Source of the DNA: Candidatus Sigynarchaeum calidifontis
Lineage (GTDB): Archaea > Asgardarchaeota > Lokiarchaeia > Sigyniarchaeales > Sigyniarchaeaceae
Assembly (NCBI GenBank): GCA_030587475.2
Contig: JAUQYZ020000103.1
Location: 1-20,963, forward strand
Direction: 5' to 3'
Length of the DNA: 20,963 nucleotides
Part shown: positions 7,195 to 16,159 of the stretch, one piece after another
Layout of the letters: the number at the start of each line of letters is the position of its first letter
Numbering within the stretch: position 1 is the first letter of the stretch
Made by a program: the position numbers and the translations under genes
Notes under the pieces: generated by a model
Seen by the model: the letters and a program-made list of their open reading frames with translations, nothing else
What the model was told of the DNA's origin: nothing
The model's database searches: none

Positions 7195-8760
7195 TTAGGG
7201 GATGACATTCCTTTTTTTTCTTTCCCGCTGCTTGTTGATTTCTTCGAGCACGCGCGTGAATTCCTGGTAATCAGAGATGAGGACATCTTTTGCATCGATG
7301 ATTTTATTGCATTTCGCGCGCTTCAAGGCCATCGATTTCATCTGCACCGCCTTGGCCATGAGCAGCGCCTCTTCGATGCTGTTTCCCACGGGGATATTTG
7401 CCTCGTTCAAGGGTTCCTTGATCATCTCGTACTTCGCGAGCCACGGCAGGTACGTGATGATCGGCTTTCGGTAGAGACGAACCACGCTAGCAATGCGGCT
7501 TCCCAGCGACATTGAGAGCATGGGTGGATAGGGCAAGATCAAGAGCAAGACGAGCTCGACTCGCGGGTTCTTCATGAGCACCTCGAGCACGTGAACCACG
7601 TCATCGTCGCTACAGCTGCCCGTGAGGTCGATCGGGTTGCCTAGTCCAGCGATATTCTTCACGGCCGGGCTCAAAGCTTCACGAATGCTATTTATCTCGT
7701 CCTCAGAGAAGTCCAGGAGACCTAAATGGTACCTCTCAGAGATATCGGTCGAGAGCACGCCGTGGCCACCCGAAACCGTTATGATCGCCATGTTCCCGCT
7801 GAAAGTGTGCATGAAAAAGGGCTTGTTTTTGCCCGCGAGCAAGGTGAAGGCCTTGACATAGGCAACGAGCTCTTGTTCCGTGTTTACGTTGATGATCGAG
7901 AACTGCTTCAGCGCTCCTTCGAGGACCAGCTCGTTCGACGCGATCGCGGCCGTGTGTGAGGACGCTGCCTTCATTCCCCGCTCGGATTTCCCGCCCTTGA
8001 GCATCAATATCGTCTTATTCGTGTCGCGGCTCTTGAGCAAGAACTCCCGGCCGCGCTGGTTCGCAAATCCTTCGAGATAGAACCCGATGACTTCCGTTTG
8101 CGGGTCGTGCTCGAAATAATCGAGCATCTCCACCTCGTCAAGCACGGCCTTGTTGCCCAACGAAACCGCTTTCGAGATGGCAATGTCACGCTCGTAATTC
8201 TTGCAAAAGAACTGGTCAAGCAGCACTCCGCCAGACTGGGAAACGATGCCCATGTTGCCTTTCGACTTTGGAACAACGAATCTTTCGTTCGGGATGATGA
8301 TCGTGTTGATGTGGGGGGGATTGTAAACGCCAACGCAGTTAGGACCGATGAGCGGCACGCCGTGGTGGAAAGAAAGCCTGGTCATCTCGTCCTGGATTGC
8401 CTTTCCTTCCGGGCCGGTTTCCGCGAACCCGCCGGAGATGACGATGAATCCCTTCACACCGAAATCGATCGCATCCTTGAAGACCGGCAGCGTATCGCTG
8501 GCCTTGAGGCACATGACTGCCACGTCGATGTTTTTCGGGATGTCGAAGAGGGTCCTTTTGAGTTCCGTGCCCTCGATCGAGCCACCCTTTGGATTGATGC
8601 CAAAAACCTTCCCAGACGTGTAGCCCTTGATGATGAGATTCCGCTGGTAAATGATGAACCCCGGGTTGAATAGATTGGACGTGCTCACTCCGACGACCGC
8701 TATCGTGTCGGGTTCGAATATCGGCTTGAGATCAAACGAGGAATCCATGCTCATCGTCAC
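7195..8760 (-). CDS. NDP-forming acyl-CoA synthetase (acetate-CoA ligase) alpha-subunit-like protein
   Basis: CoA-binding N-terminus (FEPDTIAVVG, INPK), ISGGFAE, IGPNCVG, SQSG, SLGNKA, YLEG, LKGG, catalytic ASSHT, NPIDLTG. No ATP-grasp beta domain. Alternative ATG starts at 8754 and 8748. Confidence 0.9.
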   Translation of the reverse strand: MTMSMDSSFDLKPIFEPDTIAVVGVSTSNLFNPGFIIYQRNLIIKGYTSGKVFGINPKGGSIEGTELKRTLFDIPKNIDVAVMCLKASDTLPVFKDAIDFGVKGFIVISGGFAETGPEGKAIQDEMTRLSFHHGVPLIGPNCVGVYNPPHINTIIIPNERFVVPKSKGNMGIVSQSGGVLLDQFFCKNYERDIAISKAVSLGNKAVLDEVEMLDYFEHDPQTEVIGFYLEGFANQRGREFLLKSRDTNKTILMLKGGKSERGMKAASSHTAAIASNELVLEGALKQFSIINVNTEQELVAYVKAFTLLAGKNKPFFMHTFSGNMAIITVSGGHGVLSTDISERYHLGLLDFSEDEINSIREALSPAVKNIAGLGNPIDLTGSCSDDDVVHVLEVLMKNPRVELVLLLILPYPPMLSMSLGSRIASVVRLYRKPIITYLPWLAKYEMIKEPLNEANIPVGNSIEEALLMAKAVQMKSMALKRAKCNKIIDAKDVLISDYQEFTRVLEEINKQRERKKRNVIP

Positions 8761-8783
8761 GATTCCCGTTACCGATGCGTCAC

Positions 8784-9614
8784 CTAAAAATCATCCCCCT
8801 TCTCGGCCTCGGATCGTGGATCAGCGTCTTCGGGTTCTAGTGGGCGCTTTGACCCTTTGAAGAGATCACGTGCATTAATTTTGTACTTCTTGAAGAGTAA
8901 CGCGATGATTATCGCGATGCCAGCTCCAAGGGACAAGAATATCAATGAGATGACGAAGAAAGTGAAGTCCGAATTTGGATCGTACATGGACTCGAGAAAC
9001 ATGTGGAACTTGGCCGTGCCGTTCTGGTAGGTCATGAGAACGTCGTCCACGATTCCCTTGTCATTGAAATCGATGCGGATACGCTCGTCCGGTGCCGTCT
9101 TGTTTCTTGCATCATAGATCAAGGCGCTTTGATCCAGCGTGATGTTCCAATTCGTGTCATTGCATCGGGACGCGTATGCGATCTTGAATTGCCACATGGG
9201 TATGGCAAGATCCATTGGAAGCACGAGCATGTTATCCCCGATGGCATCGGCGGTGAGCGAATATACTTCCGTTTGAACGTCGAATTCCGCGTAGGATGTC
9301 AATGCTTTCATCGTCAACCATTGCTTTTCTCCCAGGTTCAGCTCGCGGCTGAGATTGCCGATCAGCTTTCGGGCGATTACAGTCGAGCCAGACAAGACGG
9401 GACGTATCTCGATAACGGTGAATTTCATCCTGGTATTCCGTTCAAAGATCACGGGTGATTTCTCGATGACCCACGTGAAGGACCATCCTGCCCCGAACAC
9501 CCATGGCTTCTGATCGTTTTCCTCGACACAAATACGCGCACTTCCAGGGCTAAAACACGAGCAAGCGACCAGACATGCGATCGCACACGCGATCACGGCA
9601 TTTTTTCGGAACAT
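8784..9614 (-). CDS. Secreted, single C-terminal-TM membrane-anchored hypothetical protein
   Basis: Signal-peptide-like N-terminus MFRKNAVIACAIACLVACSC, beta-rich body, TM segment FTFFVISLIFLSLGAGIAIIIALLF followed by KKYK. Confidence 0.8.
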   Translation of the reverse strand: MFRKNAVIACAIACLVACSCFSPGSARICVEENDQKPWVFGAGWSFTWVIEKSPVIFERNTRMKFTVIEIRPVLSGSTVIARKLIGNLSRELNLGEKQWLTMKALTSYAEFDVQTEVYSLTADAIGDNMLVLPMDLAIPMWQFKIAYASRCNDTNWNITLDQSALIYDARNKTAPDERIRIDFNDKGIVDDVLMTYQNGTAKFHMFLESMYDPNSDFTFFVISLIFLSLGAGIAIIIALLFKKYKINARDLFKGSKRPLEPEDADPRSEAEKGDDF

Positions 9615-9707
9615 GAGTGGCCTCGTGACATCTCGGTTCCCTCAACATTAAAGGCTTGTGGCACGTCCGCTTCATGCCCCCCTGGACGAGATGGCGGACG
9701 CGCGATG

Positions 9708-9715
9708 TTTTATAA
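9708..9715 (+). promoter_or_regulatory. TATA box of the dikinase-like gene
   Basis: TTTTATAA about 30 nt upstream of ATG 9744; GGAG at 9737-9740. Confidence 0.55.
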
Positions 9716-9743
9716 TCCCGACGGGATATATGCCGTGGAGATC

Positions 9744-12305
9744 ATGAGCCGTCAGCCCGCTAGCCAGGGCACAGGCATGCCATCGCTCGATGCCGTCATC
9801 ACCGGCTTGAGGCCCGGGGATAACGTCGTCTTTCAAGTGGACAAGGTACTCGATTATATGCCATTCGTGCGATTGTTCTGCGATGATGTTGTAAAAAACG
9901 GTCACAAGCTGATTTACTTTAGGTTTGCAAGCCATGCGCCTCTCTTGCCTGGAGACATCGCTGCGGATCGCCACGACCTCAATCCGGCGGCCGGCTTTGA
10001 GGCGTTCATCGGTTCGATCCTTTCGATCATCGAGCGAGCGGGCAAGGGTGCTTGCTATGTGTTCGATTGCATGTCCGATCTTGCCGCGGATTGGTACAGC
10101 GACATAATGCTTGGTAATTTCTTCCAATTGACATGCCCGTACCTGTTCGATTTCGATACATTCGCGTACTTTGCACTGGTTAGGAATCGCCACGCATCCC
10201 AGGTTATCGAAGCCATCCAAAACACGGCCCAAGTTATCATTGACGTGTATCACCACGGTGACGGCATCTACGTCCATCCTATCAAGGTGTTCAAGCGCCA
10301 CTCGCCGACCATGTACATGCTGCACGAGCTCCGCGGGAAGGATCTCGTCCCGATAACGCGGAGCAGCGACGTGGCCCGTTTCTTTTCGGACACGCTCCAT
10401 TCACGGTTCGATTTTACCGAGACACGCGTGGACACGTGGAAGGTAACTCTCCAGCACGCGAGCACCGTGATCGATCGCATGACCGCCGGGATAATATCGG
10501 CCGAGGAGAACGAGCGCGTGCAACAAAAACTTCTGCGGATGTTCATCGCGCGAGAACAACGGCTGCTCGAGCTTGCCTCAAAATATCTCCACTTGCCGGA
10601 ATTACTCTCCATCGGAAAGCGCATGATCGGTACTGGCTTGATAGGTGGCAAGGCGGTGGGGATGCTCCTGGCTCAGGCCATAATAAACAAGAAGGCCCCT
10701 GCACTGGCTGCAAGATTAGAGCTCCAAGATTCCTTTTTCATCGGATCGGACGTGTTCTACACTTACCTGGTGAGAAACCACGCGTGGTGGGGCCGGCGAA
10801 GGCTGTCAAACCCGGCCACCTTCTTGGAAGGAATTGAAGAAACCAGGTTACGCATCCTGGAAGGCAGTTTTCCGCCTTATATCATCGAACAATTTGTCCA
10901 CATGTTAGACTACTTCGGGCAGAGCCCCATCATCGTTCGATCCAGCAGCTTGCTAGAAGATGCGTATGGAAATGCTTTTTCTGGTAAATACACGAGTATT
11001 TTTTGTCCGAATCAAGGCACTCCCGAACAGCGTCTCGCGAAATTCGTCGACGCGGTCAAAGCCATCTATGCAAGTACCATCAACGAAAATGCACTTGCGT
11101 ATCGGCATTCTAGGAATTTGCTAGATAAAGACGAGCAGATGGCCTTGCTTGTCATGCGCGTGTCCGGCGACGTGCATGGGAAGTATTTTTTCCCTCAAAT
11201 TGCTGGCGTGGGTTATTCTTTTAATCCATTCGCGTGGAGCCGTGACATCGATCCCAAGGCGGGTCTTCTCCGCCTTGTTTTTGGTCTCGGCACGCGCGCA
11301 GTCGACAGGAAGGATGATTACACGCGTCTCGTGGCGTTGAACAATCCTACCGAGAGAATTCTCAAAAGCGAGCAAGCCATCAAGAAATATTCTCAAAAGC
11401 GGGTGGACATGCTCGATCTCCAAGAAAATACCTTCATCTCCCCTTTTTTCTACAAGGTATCGAGCGAGATACGGGGCAGCCTTCCCATGCACCTTTTCTC
11501 GGCGACGGGCGATGTGCTCACACTGGACGAAGTTCTCAGCAAAACCGATTTCCCGAAGGACATGCGCCTCTTGCTCAAGATACTAGAAGATGCATACTCG
11601 AATCCCGTCGATATAGAGTTCACGGCGAACTTTTCCAGCAATACCGAATATTCGATCAACGTGCTCCAATGCCGGCCATTCCAGGTAAAGCGTGAAATAC
11701 ACGTCGTCGATCGGCCAGGGGAGATCCACGAGGATCAATTGATTTTCAAGACAGAGGGACCAATCATCGGTACCAGCATGGCGATTGCCATCGACATCCT
11801 TGTCTACGTGGAACCCGAGCGATACGGGCAACTTGCAGAAAGAGACAGGTATCACATCGCGCGTTCGATCGGGCGGATCAACGCGCATCCATCTTGCAAG
11901 GGGCGGAAGATCGCGATCCTCGGGCCGGGAAGGTGGGGAACTGCCATGTCGTCCCTTGGCATCCCCGTGACTTTTTCCGAGATCAGCAACGTGTCCATCA
12001 TCGGCGAGATCGCAGAAATGCACCAGGGCCTCATCCCGGATGTCTCACTCGGTACGCATTTTTTCAATGATCTAGTCGAATTCGACATCCTCTATTTTGC
12101 CTTGTATCCGGGGAGGAAAGGATATATTATAAGAAAAGACACGATCGATCACCTTCCGAATTCACTGGAAGACCTCGTGGATGATGCAAGCAATCTTCGC
12201 GATGTTTTAAAGGTCATCGATACTAAGCGCTGCGGGGACCATCGCGTGATCAAGATGTACATGAACTCGATGGAGCAGCGGGGCTTTTGCTATTTGGAGC
12301 TTTGA
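9744..12305 (+). CDS. PEP synthase/PPDK-type ATP-grasp domain protein with N-terminal degenerate KaiC/RecA-like domain (about 853 aa); not a complete PEP synthase
   Basis: IGGKA, PIIVRSSSLLED..AFSGKY, FGLG..AV, DIEF, LQCRP. N-terminal TGMPSLDAVITGLRPGDNVV without a Walker A. C-terminal GPGRWG..SLGTHFF. No pyruvate-binding TIM barrel. The track start at 9705 overlaps the TATA box. Confidence 0.88.
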   Translation: MSRQPASQGTGMPSLDAVITGLRPGDNVVFQVDKVLDYMPFVRLFCDDVVKNGHKLIYFRFASHAPLLPGDIAADRHDLNPAAGFEAFIGSILSIIERAGKGACYVFDCMSDLAADWYSDIMLGNFFQLTCPYLFDFDTFAYFALVRNRHASQVIEAIQNTAQVIIDVYHHGDGIYVHPIKVFKRHSPTMYMLHELRGKDLVPITRSSDVARFFSDTLHSRFDFTETRVDTWKVTLQHASTVIDRMTAGIISAEENERVQQKLLRMFIAREQRLLELASKYLHLPELLSIGKRMIGTGLIGGKAVGMLLAQAIINKKAPALAARLELQDSFFIGSDVFYTYLVRNHAWWGRRRLSNPATFLEGIEETRLRILEGSFPPYIIEQFVHMLDYFGQSPIIVRSSSLLEDAYGNAFSGKYTSIFCPNQGTPEQRLAKFVDAVKAIYASTINENALAYRHSRNLLDKDEQMALLVMRVSGDVHGKYFFPQIAGVGYSFNPFAWSRDIDPKAGLLRLVFGLGTRAVDRKDDYTRLVALNNPTERILKSEQAIKKYSQKRVDMLDLQENTFISPFFYKVSSEIRGSLPMHLFSATGDVLTLDEVLSKTDFPKDMRLLLKILEDAYSNPVDIEFTANFSSNTEYSINVLQCRPFQVKREIHVVDRPGEIHEDQLIFKTEGPIIGTSMAIAIDILVYVEPERYGQLAERDRYHIARSIGRINAHPSCKGRKIAILGPGRWGTAMSSLGIPVTFSEISNVSIIGEIAEMHQGLIPDVSLGTHFFNDLVEFDILYFALYPGRKGYIIRKDTIDHLPNSLEDLVDDASNLRDVLKVIDTKRCGDHRVIKMYMNSMEQRGFCYLEL

Positions 12306-12584
12306 TATTGGGTGAACCGTTGGCCGTTCCGCCTTAGCTAAAACCGGCTGGTATGAACCTTGCCTTGTAAACTCACCTCACCAAATGAAACTTTTTGCAG
12401 TCGAGACATTACGATCTGGCATTTGGTCGAAGCAAAGATGAATGAAAACGATGTTTGTGCATCTGTTCAGTTACATTAAAAGAATAATCATTGTTTCTCG
12501 ATATTTTTGCATTTTATGAATCCAGCATTTATAGCTGCATGCTAATTGCCAAGCCAAGTTTTTTCAATCGATGATGGTTAATGG

Positions 12585-12654
12585 TTCATGAAAATCGCAC
12601 ATCCGGCCTTGCGGCAAGACTGCAATCCAAGTATGGATGCACGATTTTCTTGAA
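12585..12654. promoter_or_regulatory. Long imperfect inverted repeat upstream of glnA
   Basis: Arms 12585-12604 and 12635-12654 are complementary at 17 of 20 positions; inner hairpin TTGCGG-CAAGA-CTGCAA. Confidence 0.6.
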
Positions 12655-12687
12655 TAAAATTACTATAACATCCCAGGTGCAATATAC

Positions 12688-14010
12688 ATGGTATCCAAGG
12701 AAGACGTACTGCAAATCGTTAAAGAAAAAAATGTCGGGTTTATTCGAATATGGTTTACAGATGTTCTTGGTTTCTTGAAAAGCTTCGCCATCACTCCTGC
12801 TGAATTGGAGAGTGCATTTGAAGAGGGCTTGGGCTTCGATGGGTCGTCCATCCGGGGCTTTACAGGGATCGAGGAAAGCGATGTCGTCGGGTGGCCAGAC
12901 GCATCGACGTTTCAGATCTTGCCCTGGCGGCCGAAAGAACAATCGGTCGCCCGGATGTTCGCGGACATAACCAACCCCGATGGCACGCCCCTGGAGGCTG
13001 ATCCGAGGTACGTGCTCAAGAAGATGCTCAAGAAAGCGGCTGACAAGGGATTCACGTTCTATATCGGGCCGGAGCTCGAGTATTTCTACTTCCAGAACGA
13101 TGAAAGCACCGACTTCATCGAAAAGGTCGGTTATTTCGACCAGTCATCCAAGGCTTTCGATATCGAGCTTCGCCGGGAGACCGTGCTTGCCTTGGAAGGC
13201 ATGGGCATCCAGATCGAGAAGTCTCACCACGAGGTGAGCCCATCCCAGCACGAGATCGACATGCACTACGCGGACGGCTTGACCATGGCTGATTGGACGA
13301 TCACGTACAAGCACGTGGTGAAGGCAATCGCCCAGAGATTCAACGTCTCGGCCACATTTATGCCAAAACCAGTTTATGGAATCAACGGCAGCGGCATGCA
13401 CTGCCACCAGTCGCTGTTCACGGGCAACAAGAATGCATTCTGGGATCCAAATGACGAGTATCACTTGAGCAAGGTTGGAAGGTCTTACATCGCTGGCCTG
13501 CTCAAGTATGCCCCTGAATTCGCGATCATCACGAACACATGGGACAATTCCTACAAGCGCCTCGTGCCTGGATATGAGGCTCCCGTGTACCTCGCGTGGG
13601 CTCGCCGCAACCGCTCGGCACTGGTTCGGTTGCCCATGTACAAGCCCACCAAGGAAAAAGCGACCCGGTGCGAGTTGCGATGCCCGGATCCATCGTCGAA
13701 TCCGTATCTCGCGTTCACGGTCATGCTCGGTGCCGGTTTGAAAGGTATTGAGGAAAAACTCGAGCTCCCGCCACCCGTTGAGAAAAACATCTTCCATCTC
13801 GGGTGTGACGAGCGGAATGGCCTGAACATCAAGGAGATGCCGGGCAGCTTGTTGGAAGCGATCAACATCGCGGAAAAGAGCAGTTTTCTCAAGGATGCGA
13901 TTGGTGAAAGCGTTTTCAATTATTACATCACCAACAAGAAGTGTGAGTGGGATCGATTCCGCACCGCTGTCACGGACTGGGAAATCAAGGAGTATCTGCA
14001 CATGCTATAG
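12688..14010 (+). CDS. glnA: Glutamine synthetase type I (GSI-alpha-like, 440 aa)
   Basis: FDGSSI, GPELEYF, HHEV, QHEI, TFMPKP, GSGMH, NSYKRLVPGYEAP, NRSALVR, ELRCPD, NPYL; AGGTG upstream of the ATG. Confidence 0.97.
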   Translation: MVSKEDVLQIVKEKNVGFIRIWFTDVLGFLKSFAITPAELESAFEEGLGFDGSSIRGFTGIEESDVVGWPDASTFQILPWRPKEQSVARMFADITNPDGTPLEADPRYVLKKMLKKAADKGFTFYIGPELEYFYFQNDESTDFIEKVGYFDQSSKAFDIELRRETVLALEGMGIQIEKSHHEVSPSQHEIDMHYADGLTMADWTITYKHVVKAIAQRFNVSATFMPKPVYGINGSGMHCHQSLFTGNKNAFWDPNDEYHLSKVGRSYIAGLLKYAPEFAIITNTWDNSYKRLVPGYEAPVYLAWARRNRSALVRLPMYKPTKEKATRCELRCPDPSSNPYLAFTVMLGAGLKGIEEKLELPPPVEKNIFHLGCDERNGLNIKEMPGSLLEAINIAEKSSFLKDAIGESVFNYYITNKKCEWDRFRTAVTDWEIKEYLHML

Positions 14011-14040
14011 CCGCACTTTTACATTTTCTTTATTCTCTCG

Positions 14041-14076
14041 ATGAAAAATCGTGAAAATCCAAGTATGCACGAATTT
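14041..14076. repeat. Shortened copy of the glnA-upstream hairpin element
   Basis: Exact 12-mer AATCCAAGTATG at both 12624-12635 and 14056-14067, with shared ATGAAAA(A)TCG and ATGCACGA flanks. Confidence 0.6.
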
Positions 14077-14569
14077 GCTCATTCACAGCTAGAAGGACTA
14101 GGATATCAACAAGCAAATATTGTAAACAGAGGAATGAGACGCGTGCTAGTTCGTAAATAGCATTCATATTCCACGCTATTTTATGAAAGCATCGATCCAC
14201 GTTTTAATTCCTTTTGAAACCACGAGATCCTTATTGATAGACATGTACAAGGATAAAAGGGCGACATCCATTACTTGATCCAGGGATCGGTTATCGATGA
14301 AGTGCATGGCGTTCCTACGGCGTTTGCATCCACGACCGACATTTTTATCCACGTCGGTTAATAGGCGGTCAAGCATCCCTCAGATTACAGCATTACGATC
14401 GATGCCTTGATTTGGGCGAAAAGAGGGATGGACGTCAAGGGCTTCGTCGTGCGATAAATGGCATGTATTTTGCCGTGATACAATGTCTTCACCCCGGATC
14501 TGGCGGGCTCTCCTACCGAAACACGCGTTTCCCGATATCGAACACCTCGACAACAAGGCTTAATAAGGC

Positions 14570-16072
14570 ATGAACGATACGAATGCGCGATCGGGTCAAG
14601 ACAATCTTGAACAAGACAAGCTCCGCGAGCAGTGCGGCGTTCTCGCCATTATTTGTGACGATCCGTGCATGAACGTCGCGCAATTCATATATACGGGCTT
14701 GATGGCTCTCCAGCACCGGGGGCAAGAAGCAGCGGGCATTGCAGTGATGCGGCCGGGTCGTCCCATCTTCCGGTACCGGGATGTCGGCCTAGTGAACGAT
14801 GTCTTGAGCCCTGAAAAGATAACGGGTTTGAGTGGAAATATCGCGCTCGGGCACGTCCGCTATGGCACGGTATCCTCGTCAACCGACGTGGCATGCGCGC
14901 AGCCGTGGCTCTTCCAATCCAACGAGATCAACTTTGCAATCGTCTTCAACGGTACCATCACGAATTATTCAGCTCTGCGGAAAAGGCTCGAGGAGAATGG
15001 CCACGTGTTCACGACATCCGTCGATACAGAAGTGATATCCCACCTGATCGCGGATATACACAAGAAACACGGTGAATGGGTAGAGATTATCAACATCCTC
15101 ATGAAGACCCTGGATGGAAGCTATGCAATCGTGATAATGACGGAGGCAGGGGATCTTTTCGGTTTCCGTGACCCTCGCGGGTACAAGCCCTTGTGCTATG
15201 GTGAATTCACGGCGGGCAATGGCCACGAGACACGTCTCCAGATCCTTGCATCCGAGACGTGCGCGATCGACGCGCTTTCCGGAAAGGTTATGGGCCATGT
15301 CAAGCCCGGGGAAATCGTACATGTGCAAATGAACGAGTCATTGCGCTCGGAATCCACGATTAACTGCGACCGGCATGCCTTGTGTCAATTCGAATTCGTT
15401 TATTTCGCGAACAACACGTCGGAACTCGATGGTATCTCGGTCTACGAGACCCGCAAGAAACTCGGGGCCAACTTGTTCAAGATCGCGCCGGTCATGTCGG
15501 ATAACGCGATCGTCGTGCCGGTACCCGATTCTGGCCGATCGGCAGCGCTTGGTTATGCTCAAGCGTCTGGCTTGCCCTTCGAGGAAGCACTCATCAAGAA
15601 CCGGTACATCACGCGCACGTTCATCATGCCCGGTCAAGACAAGCGGCGATCGCTCGTGAACTTGAAGCTCTTTCCAGACAAGAAGACGCTTAAAGGGAAA
15701 GATGTCATCTTGATCGACGACAGCATCGTGCGGGGAACGACGACCGAGAAGATCGTGCGATTGCTCAAGAACAACGGCGCCCGCTCCGTCCACTTGCGCA
15801 TCTCTTGCCCACCGATCAAGTATCCTTGCTTCATGGGCATCGATTTCCCGACTCGCCACGAGCTGATAGCGTCGAACCATTCCGTGGACGAGATTTGCCG
15901 AATGCTCGGTGCAGACTCCCTCGCATACCAAACGATTGACGGGTTGATAGAAAGCATCGGCCTGGGAAAAAATGATCTATGCATGGCTTGCCTCGATAAA
16001 ATATATCCCCTCACGAGCCCGCCATGCATGGAATTGCTGGAGGAAACCTTCACGAAGAACCGTCAATCGTGA
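14570..16072 (+). CDS. purF: Amidophosphoribosyltransferase (Fe-S, propeptide type)
   Basis: Propeptide then CG nucleophile (REQCGV), QHRGQE, GHVRY, PVPDSG, DDSIVRGTT; Fe-S ligands CQFE, CFMG, CMAC. Confidence 0.96.
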   Translation: MNDTNARSGQDNLEQDKLREQCGVLAIICDDPCMNVAQFIYTGLMALQHRGQEAAGIAVMRPGRPIFRYRDVGLVNDVLSPEKITGLSGNIALGHVRYGTVSSSTDVACAQPWLFQSNEINFAIVFNGTITNYSALRKRLEENGHVFTTSVDTEVISHLIADIHKKHGEWVEIINILMKTLDGSYAIVIMTEAGDLFGFRDPRGYKPLCYGEFTAGNGHETRLQILASETCAIDALSGKVMGHVKPGEIVHVQMNESLRSESTINCDRHALCQFEFVYFANNTSELDGISVYETRKKLGANLFKIAPVMSDNAIVVPVPDSGRSAALGYAQASGLPFEEALIKNRYITRTFIMPGQDKRRSLVNLKLFPDKKTLKGKDVILIDDSIVRGTTTEKIVRLLKNNGARSVHLRISCPPIKYPCFMGIDFPTRHELIASNHSVDEICRMLGADSLAYQTIDGLIESIGLGKNDLCMACLDKIYPLTSPPCMELLEETFTKNRQS

Positions 16073-16159
16073 GAATGGTACTTGTTGGAATTCTTGGAAT
16101 GATAAAGGTCCCGGGAAATCTTCGTGAATAAGGTTGGATCCAACATTTCACGGCGTGCA

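Noticed and set aside
9744-12305. Annotation as ppsA/ppdK
   Set aside because: No pyruvate-binding TIM barrel and no canonical TSHAAI motif.
12366-12382. GlnR/TnrA-like box TGTAA-N7-TCACC upstream of glnA
   Set aside because: One mismatch, about 300 bp from the start, and no MerR-type regulator in view.
12585-12654. Known glnA (glutamine) riboswitch
   Set aside because: A single long hairpin; I do not see the three-way junction consensus of that family.
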